Shown: positions 12,482 to 26,469, numbered from the stretch's first letter. The stretch is DNA of 64,000 nt from Eledone cirrhosa (GCA_964016885.1 OZ024742.1:36518001-36582000), one strand, 5' to 3'. Numbers and translations are program-made. Notes: generated by a model not told the origin, from the sequence alone.

Positions 12482-13119
12482 ATAATAAAGAATTTATATC
12501 TAGTAACATATATATACATACAAATGCATATCGATGCTAGCAAATATATAGGTTTTGTCTTAATAACATTGTGGTTCAATGCATGGGGTTGCAGAACAAT
12601 AATATAAGAGACGTAAGATAAGAAAATTATAAAATTAACTTACTTACTAAAATATCACTTCCAACTAATTAGTTTCTGGAATGGAGTAGATACATCTTCC
12701 GAAGACGGTGTAGAGAAACATCCCGTCATCAGGAAAGTCAATTCTCATATAAGTTCCAGGCAAAGCGAGGACACTGGAAGCTTATTAAAAATAAATCAGT
12801 GAATAGGAAATAGCAAAGCGTGGACTTACTTCCTAGCCATTGAGAAAATCACTGCCTCTGTGTCTGTGGCAAATTCAAAAAGAATCGAACACGTGACATC
12901 GAGGTCAATCGGTGGAAAGTGGGTTGTTTATAAGACAGCGGCTAGCCTGCTACCGTAGCAGCAGTCATGGCCAGTATTGCTCGACAAATATTTTGGAGAT
13001 AATAATAAAGAATTTATATCTAGTAACATATATATACATACAAATGCATATCGATGCTAGCAAATATATAGGTTTTGTCTTAATAACAGTGTGGTTCAAT
13101 GCATGGGGTTGCAGAACAA
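12482..13119 (-). mobile_element. Terminally redundant non-coding hammerhead unit (retrozyme-like or partial-tandem pLTR)
   Basis: 118-bp direct repeats at 12482-12599 and 13002-13119 (1 mismatch seen), period 520 nt, one internal hammerhead. Confidence 0.75.
12657..12738 (-). ncRNA. Type I hammerhead motif
   Basis: Minus: ACTTTC-CTGATGA-CGGGATG...CATTCCA-GAAAC-TAATTA-GTT-GGAAGT; palindromic loop 3, GUU triplet. Confidence 0.75.
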
Positions 13120-16100
13120 AATTGTCCTGGGTATGACATTAAACTACATCCAGTGGCAAGGCTCCAGTTCGGGAGTTCAGGGGATGTGGGGAATGTGGAT
13201 TTACCCCTTAGTTGTCATGACTCCCAGGTCTGCCCTGGCCCGGGGTGGTAGTACCTGTTAGGGCTCCATTTATGGGTTAAATAACTACCTTATTCGAGTG
13301 GCGCCGGTAAGGTATTGTCAGCCATTGAAAAGAAATATGGGGAGTCGATCTAACAGCACTAGGGTCAGAGCCCCTAATTACACTGTCAAGGAGCAGCCTG
13401 GTCGTTATGACTCTGCTGGCTTAGAGCCACAAAGAGGGCCAGTGGTTGATGGATCAGCTGTCTCTGAGACAAATATAAAGAATGCAGTTTTGTCCTGCAG
13501 AAGAGCTATCAAAATGGGCACTTTGAATGTGAGGACTATTCGGACGCTGGAGAAGAGAGAGGAGTTGGGACATCTGTTCGAGGAGAGTGGTATACAGATA
13601 CTTGCGATCCAAGAACACAGGATTCTACACGATGAGCCCGTGAGGAGTGTGATGATCGGGAGGAAGAGCCAGCTCATCACTACATCGGCAGTGAAGAACA
13701 CAACAAATGCTGCAGTAGGAGGAGTGGGTTTTGTGTTCAGTGCAAAAACCAATCTGTTGGTGAGGGAAATAATGCCTATCTCCCCGCGAGTGTTGAGGGT
13801 GACCTTCAATGGAAACCCAAGACTGACAGTCATCTCAGCCTATAGTCCAACCGAGGGGGACAGTGATGTGAATGCGGAAGAGTTCCATGAGGAGGTGTGT
13901 AGAGCTGTCAACACCACTCAGGCACACAATATCCTGCTTGTTTTGGGGGACTTCAATGCACATCTGAGTAAGGAGGGCAGTGAAGATCCTTGCTGGTACT
14001 TCCATAACAACACCAACCGAAATGGAAGACTACTGAGAGACACCCTGCTGGAGGCGAACTTGATGGCGACCAACCTAAGGTTTAGGAAGAATCTGGGGAA
14101 GATGTGGACCTACATCTCAGATATGCGCCTGTCCAAGTCCCAGATTGATTTCATTCTGGTGAGGAAAACGTGGCGGAATAGTGTTCTGAACACGGAACCA
14201 TACAGCTATTTCAGTACACTGGGTAGTGACCACCGGCTTGTTATGAGTGAGGTCCGCGTGAGCTTAAGAAAGAGCAAGGCTCAGCCCCGGAGAACAATCT
14301 ATGACTGGGGAGCTTTCAAGGAAGATGATAAGCTACAGGAGAGGTTCACAGTGGAAGTGAGAAACAGGTTTAGTGCTCTGTGTGGAGAGTCAGAGGAGAG
14401 AGACATTGGATGGACTGAGGAGAGTGTGACGAGGAGGTACGGGCACCTCACCAATGCAGTGGCGGAAGCAAGTGAAACCCTGGTGCCGAGGAAAAAGAAC
14501 AAAGGGAAGCACGTCAGCTCTGCAAACCCAAAAGTGTGTGCAGCCAGAGAACACCTGAAAGCTGCCAGGGACCAATTCTATGCTGATCCTACGGAGGAGA
14601 GGATGGAGACTGTGGAGGTGATGAGGGAAGAGCTCTGTACCGCTTACACTGAGGTCAGAGAGGAGGCACTGATAGAGAAGATCAGGAGTGTGGAGAGAGC
14701 GGTTGACAGATCTGGATGTAAGGAGAGCTGGATGATCATCAACGAGATCACAGGGAGGAAGAGAAGGTGTTCGAGTCAGATCCAGGGAACGGGGCCCGAG
14801 GATAGGAAGAGGAAATGGCTAGACCATTTTAGGACCCTACTAGGAGAGCCACCCTCCACAGCCCAGAGCACTGGGGAGATCAGGCGGCTATTTGAGGAAC
14901 TGGATGTTGAGACAGAGCCCTTCACCAGAGAGGAGATTCAGAGAGCCAAGAAGAGGATCAAGGAGAGCAAGGCTCATGGAGAAGATGGAGTGGCATCAGA
15001 GGTGATGAAGAGGTGTGATTTTGATGATATCATCCTGGGGTTCTGTAACGAGGCACTGGAGAAAGGAGTTGCCCCGAATCAGTGGAGGATCAGTAACATC
15101 GTCCCAGTGCCAAAGAAGGGAGATCTCTCTAACACCAACAACTACCGGGGGATCTCACTGACGTCAATTGTGGCAAAGACCCTCAACAGGATGATTCTTG
15201 ACAGGATCCAGCCTGAGATGGAGAAGAAGCTCAGGGACAACCAGAACGGCTTCAGAGAGGGTAGATCAACCACCAGTCACAACCTGATGCTGAGGAGGAT
15301 ATTAGAGGGAGCTAGAGCAAAGTGCCTTCCTGCGGCCATGGTTTTCATTGACTTTAGGAAGGCCTTTGATTATGTGGACCGTTACTGCCTGATGAAGATC
15401 TTACAGGCTTGTGGAATCCCCAAGAAGATAGTGGACCTGATATGACTGCTCTACACCAACACCAAAGCCCAAGTCATTACACCTGATGGGAGATACTGGC
15501 TGGAGTGCTCCAGGGAGATACATTGGCTCCCTACCTTTTTATCATCGTGGTGGACTATTGTATGCGCCTTGCACTGGAGAAACACCAGGACTCTGGCTTT
15601 ACTGTAGCACCAGCTCAGAGCAGGAGAGTTAGGGCGAAAAAGGTATCGGATGCTGAATTTGCCGACGACATAGTTTTGGTGACAAATACAGTGAAGGAGG
15701 CAGAGGATTTGATGCGGGAGGTTGAGACTGTGTCGATGAGTGTGGGGCTGAGAATGAATGAGACTAAAACAAAATATCTGGTAGAGAATGTTGAGAAGCC
15801 AGAGGAGATCACTAATGTAGGCGGGAAGCCGCTGGAATTGGTTGAGGACTTCCTGTATTTGGGAGCAAAGATTGGGAATACGGAAGATGATGTGGTTGAG
15901 AGGAAGAGCAAGGCCTGTGCGGCGTGCCACAGCTTGAGATCGGTGTGGAAGTCGGACCTTCGTAGAGACCTGAAAATCCGCCTCTTCATTGCTGTAGTGG
16001 AGTCGGTGCTGCTGTATGGGTCTGAGACTTGGACACTGACCAAGAAACTCACTCAGATGGTGGATGGGTGCTACACGAGAATGCTGAGGATGGCTCTGAA

Positions 16101-16420
16101 CATTAATCAGTATACACTGAGGATGAAAAACGCAGAGATGTATGGGAGCATCCCAAAAGTCAGCTCAAAGGTGACACAGAGGACACTGAGGTTAGCTGGA
16201 CATGCTCACCGACATCCAGAGTTGACACTGCACTCAGTACTCCTTTGGGAGCCCCTACATGGACACACTAGAAGAGGAAGACCAAGGTTAACGTATGTTG
16301 ATGCCCTAAGGACAGACACTGGTCTGTTGGAGACGCAGGACATGGCAGAGATAATGAGGGACAGAGACCGCTGGAGAGAACTCGTCCATGGATCTCGGGA
16401 ATTTTACCCGCCTTAGATAG
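13120..16420 (+). mobile_element. Near full-length RTE-clade LINE (5' UTR plus single APE-RT ORF)
   Basis: APE motifs GTLNVRT, LAIQEHR, LGDFNAH, QIDFILV, SDHRL; RT motifs NYRGISL, QNGFR, FIDFRKAFD, LQGDTLAP, FADD; RTE C-terminal LLYGSETWTL and RRGRPR; ends in TAGA/TA microsatellite. Confidence 0.95.
13298..16416 (+). pseudogene. AP endonuclease-reverse transcriptase ORF, disrupted
   Basis: ORFs 13298..15445 and 15505..16416 are one gene broken by TGA at 15443-15445 and a small frameshifting deletion at about 15490 (TPDG|ILAGVLQGD). Confidence 0.92.
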
Positions 16421-17454
16421 ATATATATATATGTATATATACGTACATACATATATACATATACATTTAAAATAACGTTAGAGTTTTAATTAACATGGCA
16501 AAGTTGATCAAAAGAAGTAATTAATTCGACATAAGCTAGCACTGGCACTATTACAAGAAGAAGAAGAACAATTTTAAACTAACATGGACAGATATTTGAA
16601 ATTTCAAATTTTGTTTTGGTTTTTGTTAATGCAGTTTATTTTAAAATAAAGCAATAAATCTTGTTGACAGCAGGAATTTATAATGACCGTCACGATTATT
16701 GTAGAATTGTCCTAGAACAACAATGTTTGAAGGTCACAAACGCCCTATCACTAAAATTTCTTAATTAATAAAAAGCTGAATCGATGAAACACGGAAGCAT
16801 TGGAATTGAATAAAGAAAGACAGATAGAAAGAAAGAAAGAAAGAAATACTTTCGTGAATTGTTTATTAACTAAAGATTTACTTTTAAACCACGGTTTAAA
16901 AATGGAGATTACAAAAGACAGCAGTATCTTAACGAATCTATTTACAGGCATAGCTGCGTGGGGGGAAAATTTGCTTCGCAAACACATGATTTGGGTTTCA
17001 GTTTCACTGCCTGGAACGTCGAGCAGGCGGTATCATGGTACGGCAGAAAAACATTGTATATTTTACACAAATATCGTGTAATATATGGGAGGTTTTTCTG
17101 TCGCACCCTGCACTATAACTTCCAATTCATCTATGTTTTTAACAAACGGAAAATCTGTGTAAGCCTGCCAAAGTATCGTCTTCCTGTCCTCCTTCGGTTG
17201 CAACGTTTTTCGAAATATTTACTTGTGCGTTCACAGATTGATCTTTTTAGTTTCAGAAGATCACGGTAAGGCTGAAAGCACCGATTCTTTGCTTGAACTT
17301 TAATCTGTTATTTTAATAAATATTTGCTCTACGGTTCTTATATATTTGATATATATTTATCCTTATCGAGCCCTCTTTGGATTTTAGTCTTCAATTTTAT
17401 TATTACCTATATATATATATATTATATATTAAAATAACAGATTACTATATATAT

Positions 17455-17526
<72 letters not shown>

Positions 17527-17625
17527 ATTGTTTTCCGGGATTTATTTTAACCTACAACATTTTCAACATATGGATTACATTGAGTTCTTCATGCAGACTA
17601 GACCCCACAACTAACCGTGGATATT

Positions 17626-17671
<46 letters not shown>

Positions 17672-17744
17672 TATTTGTCTATTTATTTATTTATTTCACC
17701 TTTGGCTCAGCCACCGCGCACCGTTTTCTCTCTCTCGCTCTCTT

Positions 17745-17893
<149 letters not shown>

Positions 17894-18834
17894 TGACAGA
17901 GAGTGAGAAAGAGAGAAGAGAGAGAAGAGAGAGAGAGAAAGAGAGGAGTATGTATGTCTTGTAATTTAGCGGTTCAAAGAAAAGAGATCGATAAGATAGG
18001 TATGAGACTTGGGGAAAATAATGCTGAGGTCGATATGATAAACTAAATCTATTCAATGCGGTAAAAGAAAGTTACAATATACTCAATCATTGATTACGGC
18101 GTTATGCCGTGTTACACGACTGGATGTATAAAACCTTAAACCTGGCCCTAAACTCCAAGACGAGACGCGAATCACGCCCTAGCAGCTGAGAGAACTGGGA
18201 CAACTTGAAATGAAGTTGCCTTGTATAAGATCACAAAGTATTTTCGATCTAGGATTTGAACCCACGGCGTTATTATCGTATGGTCAAAAGCCTTAGTACT
18301 AGGTCTCACCCCTTCACAGAATATGTAATATCAAAAAATGAAACAGAAGTTGCCGTACCTGAAAGAAAATGTTACGAATTTAATGGAATCCTTCATTATA
18401 AATCAAACAAATACTATTTAAGAGTAAATAATACTTTTTTCTAGAATTGAGCAGGACTTGCTATCATCAGGTACCATGCTTCCACTAGTGGTTTTAAGTA
18501 TCCATGTAGTTGCATCCAATTACAGACACCCTCCTAATCTTTCCACCCTTGATGCAGCGAAACATCCAGGGTGTGACAGCTGTCAACTTGATGGCGAGAA
18601 AGAGCTCCACCAGGACTGGGTTGGTACATTTTTTATCGACACCCGAAAAGACAGATTTAGAAATGACGGGCATGATTCTATGTTAATATCCTAGCCCAGA
18701 CGTTTGCTAGATCTTTTAACTGATCGTTTAAGCACACAGAGGAACCTCTTCCATCACCCACTCCCTTACTGAGATAAGGGTAGATTAATCTTTTCCGTTG
18801 CCTGATTCTTAATATTTTAAAATAAATGTGCGTA

Positions 18835-19120
18835 GATTAGTGGTTAAGATGTTCGGCTTACCATCGTTAGTTTGATTCCCAGAGGTGTCTTGTGTTCATG
18901 AAAAGACATTTTATTTAACGTGGCTCTATTCCACTCAATTGGACAAAAAATACTTATGATTAAAAGGGCCATTCTTGTCCTTCAATATGTCACCTTGGTT
19001 TTCACTAAGAACTACGTTAACTACGCACGCTTCTAAAGAGTTCTCAGCCAGTTGCTCGCAGGCTATTTCCATTGATGAAACAGCTGGAACACTCGTTGCT
19101 GAAACCAACGGGGGTCCAAT
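18835..19120 (+). mobile_element. Degenerate tRNA-derived SINE (second family)
   Basis: TAGTGGTTAAG head; similar to 35811-36123. Confidence 0.55.
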
Positions 19121-19754
19121 AACAAGTGTGTGGGGTGGGTGGGGAGTTGTTGTTCTTTACCATTGTTACTCTTGTGTATATCATGCAAATTTGAATTTTC
19201 GGACATTAAGCTGTGACTTTTTGTTTTCGGGTGCCTTTGTTTGTTTTATGATTATTATTTGCTGCGTGTTTGTCATTCTTTAAATTTGGTTTAACTTTTT
19301 GAAAATTGTTTGTGTATATCTCAACGTTTTGTTTTGAAAAGGAGTATCAAATACTAGTTCCTTTCTTGTCAACTCTTTCCTTGCCATATTTCTAATGAAT
19401 GACGTTGCCTGTGGTTTTTAAATCATTCTGAAAATATTCAAGAAATTGGAGTAGTAAAATAACAAACTTTCTCGTGATTATGCTGGTTTGGGGAACATAA
19501 CCTAACAAAGTCTCTTACATAAAATTGTGATGGAAAGTTTTTAGATAAATATAAACACTTCAAAATAAACAGCTTTATATCGTAAAAGCTGTTGTGATTT
19601 CAGATAGTTTGGAATCAAAACAAATGACATTTTTCATTGCTCTGCTCGTGGAGGAACAATGTGTTAAGTATAGTAAACACACGAGATTGTTTTTAAAAAA
19701 TAACAGATTGCCTAGAAGATAGACTGTTTATCCATTTCATGTATTGCAGTAGAC

Positions 19755-21006
19755 CTGGGGGTCAGTAACCTCAGGCCCGTGAAAGATTTTTGTCCGGACC
19801 GCCAACAGGTCTAAGCGATCCCCGAAAAAGTGTTCTGAATTATTTTAAAATAAAATACCATATAGAGAACACTTCTAACCACAAGACTCATTTAGCTGAA
19901 AGTAATTTTTTGCGTGACATCAACAAGCAATCAAACTCAGGCAGATAGAATAGTCAGACATCAAGGTGAAGGGGACTGTGTGTGTGTATTCATGTATATA
20001 CGTACATACATAGTATGTGTATGGCAGGGATGTGGAATGACCCAGACTTACCTAAAACAAGTCAGCGTGTCTGGCATACAGTTATTTCATTTCATCCTCA
20101 ACATTTTTCATTTGAGTTTCCTGTCTGGAAGTAAAACATCTGTAAGTGACTGTATTCGATAATAAACAGTTTATTTATTTTTCTGTGTTAAAAGTGTTCA
20201 TTATTATTACAAGTAAATGTTTTCATCAAACAAATGGCAACCCTGATCTAAATACACCACCAGATATAGTGTCACAGTTTATTAGAAATGGCAGTATTTT
20301 ATCATATTACTGTTTTCGTTTTTACACATGTCACATTACTTATTTGATATCATGGCCGGCTGACGAGACACTGTATAGCTATGTGGCCTGCCGATGAGAC
20401 ACTACATAGCTATGTGGCCTGCTGACGAGACACTGTATAGCTATGTGGCCTATCGACGAGACACTGTATAGCTATGTGGCCTGTCGACGAGACACTGTAT
20501 AGCTATGTGACCTGTCGACGAGACACTGTATAGCTATGTGGCCTGTCGACGAGACACTGTATAGCTATGTGACCTGTCGACGAGACACTGTATAGCTATG
20601 TGGCCTGTCGACGAGACACTGTATAGCTATGTGACCTGTCGACGAGACACTGTATAGCTATGTGGCCTGTCGACGAGACACTGTATAGCTATGTGACCTG
20701 CCGACGAGACACTGTATAGCTATGTGGCCTGTCGACGAGACACTGTATAGCTATGTGACCTGTCGACGAGACACTGTATAGCTATGTGGCCTGTCGACGA
20801 GACACTGTATAGCTATGTGGCCTGCTGACGAGACACTGTATAGCTATGTGGCCTGCTGACGAGACACTACATAGCTATGTGGCCTGCCGCCGAGACACTA
20901 CATAGCTATGTGGCCTGCCGCCGAGACACTACATAGCTATGTGGCCTGCCGACGAGACACTACATAACTATGTAGCCCGCACACCACAAAAGGTTGCCGA
21001 CCACTG
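19755..21006. mobile_element. Non-autonomous hAT DNA transposon with 8-bp TSD
   Basis: CAGTAGAC at 19747-19754 and 21007-21014; imperfect TIRs CTGGGGGTCAGTAACCT / AGGTTGCCGACCACTG. Confidence 0.8.
20353..20980. repeat. 31-bp minisatellite (GACGAGACACTGTATAGCTATGTGGCCTGTC)n, about 20 units, inside the hAT element
   Basis: Directly visible; no unique spacers. Confidence 0.95.
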
Positions 21007-21211
21007 CAGTAGACAGTTGTGGTGTTATGATAGACCATCTGACTGTCTAATCCAGGTACTGTAATAGACCAAGTATTACTATAAACCGTCTGTGTATCAT
21101 CTTATATCCTAGACGGCAAAATAATTTTAAAGAAAAACAATATTTTTTTCATTTAATAAAAACACTTGGTAGTTATCCAATTATCCCGGAACCACTTGTG
21201 GTAGTAACAGC

Positions 21212-21214
21212 AGC

Positions 21215-21290
<76 letters not shown>

Positions 21291-21346
21291 ATAGTAGTAG
21301 TAGTAGCTGTTGTTGCTACTGTTGTTGTTGTTGTTGTTCTAGTAGT
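21212..21346. repeat. (AGT)n/(GTT)n microsatellite
   Basis: Visible. Confidence 0.9.
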
Positions 21347-21448
21347 AGCGAAAAACAAACGCCAATAAATCTACTAATTAGTAAAATTATTGTATATAAT
21401 GCTAATCTTAACAGACAGCAGGAACAAATATATATATATATATGTGTA

Positions 21449-21513
<65 letters not shown>

Positions 21514-22199
21514 GTGCAATGTGCATGTGTTCGTGTGAGTATATATATATATATATGTGTGTGTGTTTGTGAGTGTATTTTCATCGGCACAGGTTGAACA
21601 GGCTGGTCCTCAGGGCTAACGAAACTCATATATATATAGTCTGATTGGCTATAGGTTTATAGATTATATTTGGTTAGACTCGGCATTAATTTTAGGGCAA
21701 TTAACGTATATATACATGTATATGGGTGTGTGTGTGGATCGAGTCATCCTGGGACCAACACCCTCTCATCTGACTGCATTCTACCTTGCAACCAAATAGT
21801 AGCACGTGACTCAATTCGGTGTCCTCGTCATCAACAGGTAGCTTTTTTGATGATGCGCCTACTTTGGCTCAGTCCTCGACCTCCACATGTGTAAGCTACA
21901 CGAATGCCACACGAGTTCAGACTACACACGCTATATTGCCACTATAGCGCATGTCGTTCCCTCGACACACCACCTTGAATGACTAGATCAGGAGTCTTGA
22001 TGCGACCGACGGAGTTTTGTCACGACTGTAGCCTGCCGATCCCAACCGTGGTGATGGTAAGTGCCAAGGCGCGAAAACCCTCTTCCCGTTCGAGGAAGCT
22101 AAAGTTTTAATCTACGACACCGCGTTCTGTGACACGTTCTCCACCTCCAGCCTCGTCACTTCGGTCACAAAATCGGGTACTGCCGCCGGTAATAAGATA

Positions 22200-23760
22200 T
22201 TATTCGTCTCACTTCATCGGTTGTTTTTTCTGAACTGTCCATATAGTGTCTTGCTCTCATATGCAATTTCATTTTCATTCTGTACCTCTTCTTTACTTTT
22301 GCCATATGTGTTAGTTCTAAACAGATCAGCTCCGTTCACTAACTTCAGTAACTCCTGTCTGGACGCGCGTTTCTATTCTAACACAATCTTCTATTCCAAT
22401 CCAACTTCCATTTGTTCTTTTCATATATAATCGAGCTACATCTGCCTTTGGATTATGTGTTCCATATATCATCAGTAGCTTCTTCGTTTTGCGATCCGAA
22501 GCCTCCAACTGAGTCTTCCTCCAATCTATGATGCCAGCACTATATCTAATGATAGACACTGCTCTTGAATTGATAGCAGAGATAATATTCCCACAGTTGT
22601 GTTTTAATTTTAATATTGTCCTCAATCATTGTACATAATCTTTGCTTACCTGATCCTTCATCTCTTCGTCTTTTATTCCATCTGCTTCCAATATTCAAAT
22701 ATATTTATATTCATTTCCTTCTTCGATGTATTTCACCATGTTACCATCTGGCGTCGCAATTCTTTCTCTCAGAACAACTTTTCCTCTCTTCATGCCCAAC
22801 ACACCACATTTTTGACAATCGAAATTCCATCTTGATATCATCTGAAAATATCCTAACACCATTTTCCAAACTGTTTATTTGATCTTCATTTTTCACAAAC
22901 AATTTAAGATCGTTCATGAAGAGAAGGGGATGGACCCTCTCTCTCCTCTCTTCTTTAGTTCATAAAATATCTTTGTCTTTCTCAACATCAGTGTCAGAGG
23001 AATAATCGCTACCACAAACAACAATGGTTACAAACTGTCTCCTTGGAATATTCCATGTCTTATCTTCACATTTCCTAACTTTCCATTGCCAGTGACTAGT
23101 TCAATATCCCACTGTTTCATACTCTCTTTAAGGAACTGTCTCATATTTATTACCACTCCAAATATTTCCATTGGGTTTTCAATCCAACTGAGGCACCATA
23201 TCTACGTCTTACGATAATCTATTCATGCGACTCCCAATGATGTTAATCTTCTCTTACAATTCTTTAATGAAGAATTTTAAGAGGAGATTTTTGTCGTTCA
23301 TTTTGTCGGTCAGTAATTGATCCTTGGTGACTCTACTTCTTTTTCTGCATCCTTTCTGCTCCTACGGCAAGTTTTCTTTTCTTCCGAATGCCTGAAGAAT
23401 TCGTCAGCTAAACACATGTTAATAGTTTCCATAACAGAGGTAGACAAATGATCGGTCTGAAATTGGACACAGTATTCCCCTTTCCTATTTCATTCACACA
23501 GAGAATGTTCTCCCAGTTACCATCCATTTCGGCACTCTATTTTCCTGGAGTCATTCATCCAGTTGTGCATTGATATAAAGTTCTTAATCCAGTATCCTTG
23601 AACACCATCTGGTCCTGGGCTCCAGTTAAGCATTCTCGTGATCTCTTTCTTCCCATTTCCCAAATCAAAATTCTGAAATGAACTATGCCTAACAGCTTCC
23701 CTTTCTTCAGTATATTGTGATTCTTGATCTACAATCTCAACACATTCAAATTGCTCCTGT
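22200..23760 (-). pseudogene. Decayed R4/Dong-clade non-LTR retrotransposon RT region
   Basis: Minus-strand fragments SPGPDGVQGYWIKNF, GIFQGDSL.PLLFVV, FMNDLKLF, YKYLNI, GNIISAINSRAVSIIRYSAGIIDW, HNPKADVARLYMKR; many stops and frameshifts. Confidence 0.85.
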
Positions 23761-24164
23761 CCCTCCTGTCCCTCATGTGCATAGGTAGCAGTTGAACTGC
23801 CAACCAAGGCTAAGAGAGATTCTACCTACCCTCATCGTGAGTAGATATCCCGCGCCAGTATAAGATTATATAGAAAGGTTATTATCTCAGCTCAGGATTT
23901 TTTAGAAATGTGGTATGAGAAAATGTTGACTATTCTAAAACTATTTTTAAAAATTCGTATTCAAATAAGAAGAAACAACTTGTTTATATTCTTGCTTAAA
24001 ATCTAACAACAAGAATAAAAAATGTACATGAAACCGGATTTAACTTCTATTGTTTTCTAAATTTAGGATGTGTAAATTGTTAACTGCTCAAATTAGACAA
24101 GGATGAAACAATGTTATTTAACCACTTACATGAAAAAAAAACAGTCAAAATCCTTTAAAATGCT

Positions 24165-24352
24165 AATAACTGTTTCTACTTTAGGCACAAGGCCAGCAAT
24201 TACCCAGTGCATTACTGGTACTTTATTTTATAGACCCCATAAGGATGAAAGGCAAAGTCAGCCTCGGCGGGATTTGAACTCAGATCGTAAAGGGACGTAA
24301 CTATGCTGGAAAGCATGGGGTCCGACCCTCTACCGATACTGCCAATCCACCG
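24165..24352 (-). mobile_element. tRNA-derived SINE copy
   Basis: Same family as 5642-5830. Confidence 0.88.
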
Positions 24353-24939
24353 CTAATAATTATAATAACAATAATCAGAAGAGGATGTAAAATCATATAA
24401 TTGTGATACAATTATTCAATCAGATTTTGTTAAAAACTGGGCCAGTCGTGCAACTGGATTAACTAGAGACAAGGGCGTAGAGACATGGAAACACTTGTAA
24501 TTATACAACATATTAACAATAAAGTGAAATAAAGTAAAATAAACCAATCGGGAGATCTGGACAAGGAAGAACTTCTCCATTGGTCATTCCTTTGCTGAAG
24601 GAATAACCGGAAATAAATTATTTTGCTCAAGAACAGAACACTCCGCCAGGACCAGGAATAGAACTCACAACGTCATAACGGTGAATCCTGCACCACCCTT
24701 ACAACTAAGCGACGCACGTTCAAATTACCAAACTATCAGTATAAGGCACTTTGTATGTATGGTCCCATAACTGCTGATAGAGCCGTAGGGGCGCCGCATT
24801 GACATATCGCGGTTCTTGGGTACGTTTAAGCCTGGCGGAGCCCATCCCTCTCCAGCCCTGAGTACAGCAGATTTCTTCCAGAGAAAGATAGAAAGTGACG
24901 GAGGGGAAGTGAGAAAGAGATATAGATGAAGAAACGACC

Positions 24940-25490
24940 CCGGGTACTTTTTTTTTATCGACCGCGAAAGATGAAAGGCGAAGTTGACCTCAGCGGGATT
25001 TGAACTCCGAGAGCAGAGAGCCGGAGCGAATGCCATAAAGCATTCTATCCAAAGTTCTAACGACTTTGCCATTCTATCCGATGTTCTAACGACTCTGCCA
25101 TTCTATCCGATGTTCTAACGACTCTGCCATTCTATCCGATGTTCTAACGACTCTGCCATTCTATCCGATGTTCTAACGACTCTGCCATTCTATCCGATGT
25201 TCTAACGACTCTGCCATTCTATCCAAAGTTCTAACGACTCTGCCATTCTATCCGATGTTCTAACGACTCTGCCATTCTATCCGATGTTCTAACGACTCTG
25301 CCATTCTATCCAAAGTTCTAACGACTCTGCCATTCTATCCGATGTTCTAACGACTCTGCCATTCTATCCGATGTTCTAACGACTCTGCCATTCTATCCGA
25401 TGTTCTAACGACTCTGCCATTCTATCCAAAGTTCTAACGACTCTGCCATTCTATCCAGCGTTCTAACGACTCCTCCAATTCGCCGCCAAA
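24940..25490 (-). mobile_element. SINE whose tRNA head has expanded into a 29-bp minisatellite (TTCTAACGACTCTGCCATTCTATCCGATG)n, about 15 units at 25041-25471
   Basis: The unit is the reverse complement of the SINE A-box region TGGCAGAGTCGTTAGAA; the SINE body lies at 24940-25040. Confidence 0.85.
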
Positions 25491-25830
25491 CTATCAAATA
25501 ACGCACGTTAAATAACAAACATATCAGTTTAAAATTACATTTTACAATATATTGGGTCATCAAGTATGAAATTTGTAGAAATTTTTAGAAGAAAACCAAA
25601 TTTCTACGAATTTCATACTTGACGACCCAAAATGTCACAGAGTGTCAATGTGAGCCCTTGTGGCCAATAAAAGAAACTGTTACAATATTTCAATGAAGAA
25701 ATTACAAAGATTGAGAGATATAAAACAATGAAGCTGGTTTTCCTATGATTACCGAACTTAAAAATACAATTCGATTTTATTTTCAACGACCTACGAATCT
25801 TGCAATCCTTAAAAGCAGCCAAAAGCAACA

Positions 25831-25935
<105 letters not shown>

Positions 25936-26401
25936 GCGTGTGCGTGTGTTTGTGTGTGAGTATGTGTGTTTGTGTGTGTGTGGGGGGGGGGGGGTCTATG
26001 TGTGCATTCACTCGAACACACATATACATTCATACATATACATATGTATATGCATACACGCACGGATGCACATACACATACACACACATATATACACATG
26101 CACATACACATATGTATATATATATATATATGTATATATATGTATATATATATATATATGCATATATATATATATACATACATATATATATGTATATGTT
26201 TATATATATATACATACATATGTGTGTGTGCGTGTATATATGTGTGTGTGTTTAATGAGAAAGCACGTTATGAATCTACATAGCCGAAGCAATGCAACAT
26301 ACCACAGAAATCAATATCTTGTTGAAACACTCTCTAGAATATTTCACTTCCGGCTTCCGATATCTTCCATTTCTAAATACGTTGATTTCAGTATGTATAT
26401 G

Positions 26402-26469
<68 letters not shown>

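Noticed and set aside
15443-15445. In-frame TGA in the RTE ORF as programmed readthrough or selenocysteine
   Set aside because: It falls at a non-Cys position (LI*LLY, plausibly CGA>TGA) and is followed by a frameshifting deletion, so it is simple decay
18440-18780. Possible Gypsy integrase remnant (GCDSCQ)
   Set aside because: Only a CxxC motif; insufficient without a homology search
20353-20980. CRISPR-like appearance of 29-40-bp arrays (also 1117, 25041, 34798, 55296)
   Set aside because: Units are contiguous with no unique spacers, there are no cas genes, and the context is eukaryotic transposons
21720-22195. GC-richer segment resembling LTR/gag zinc knuckle (HFGHKIGYC)
   Set aside because: Incomplete motif; no PBS or paired LTR identified
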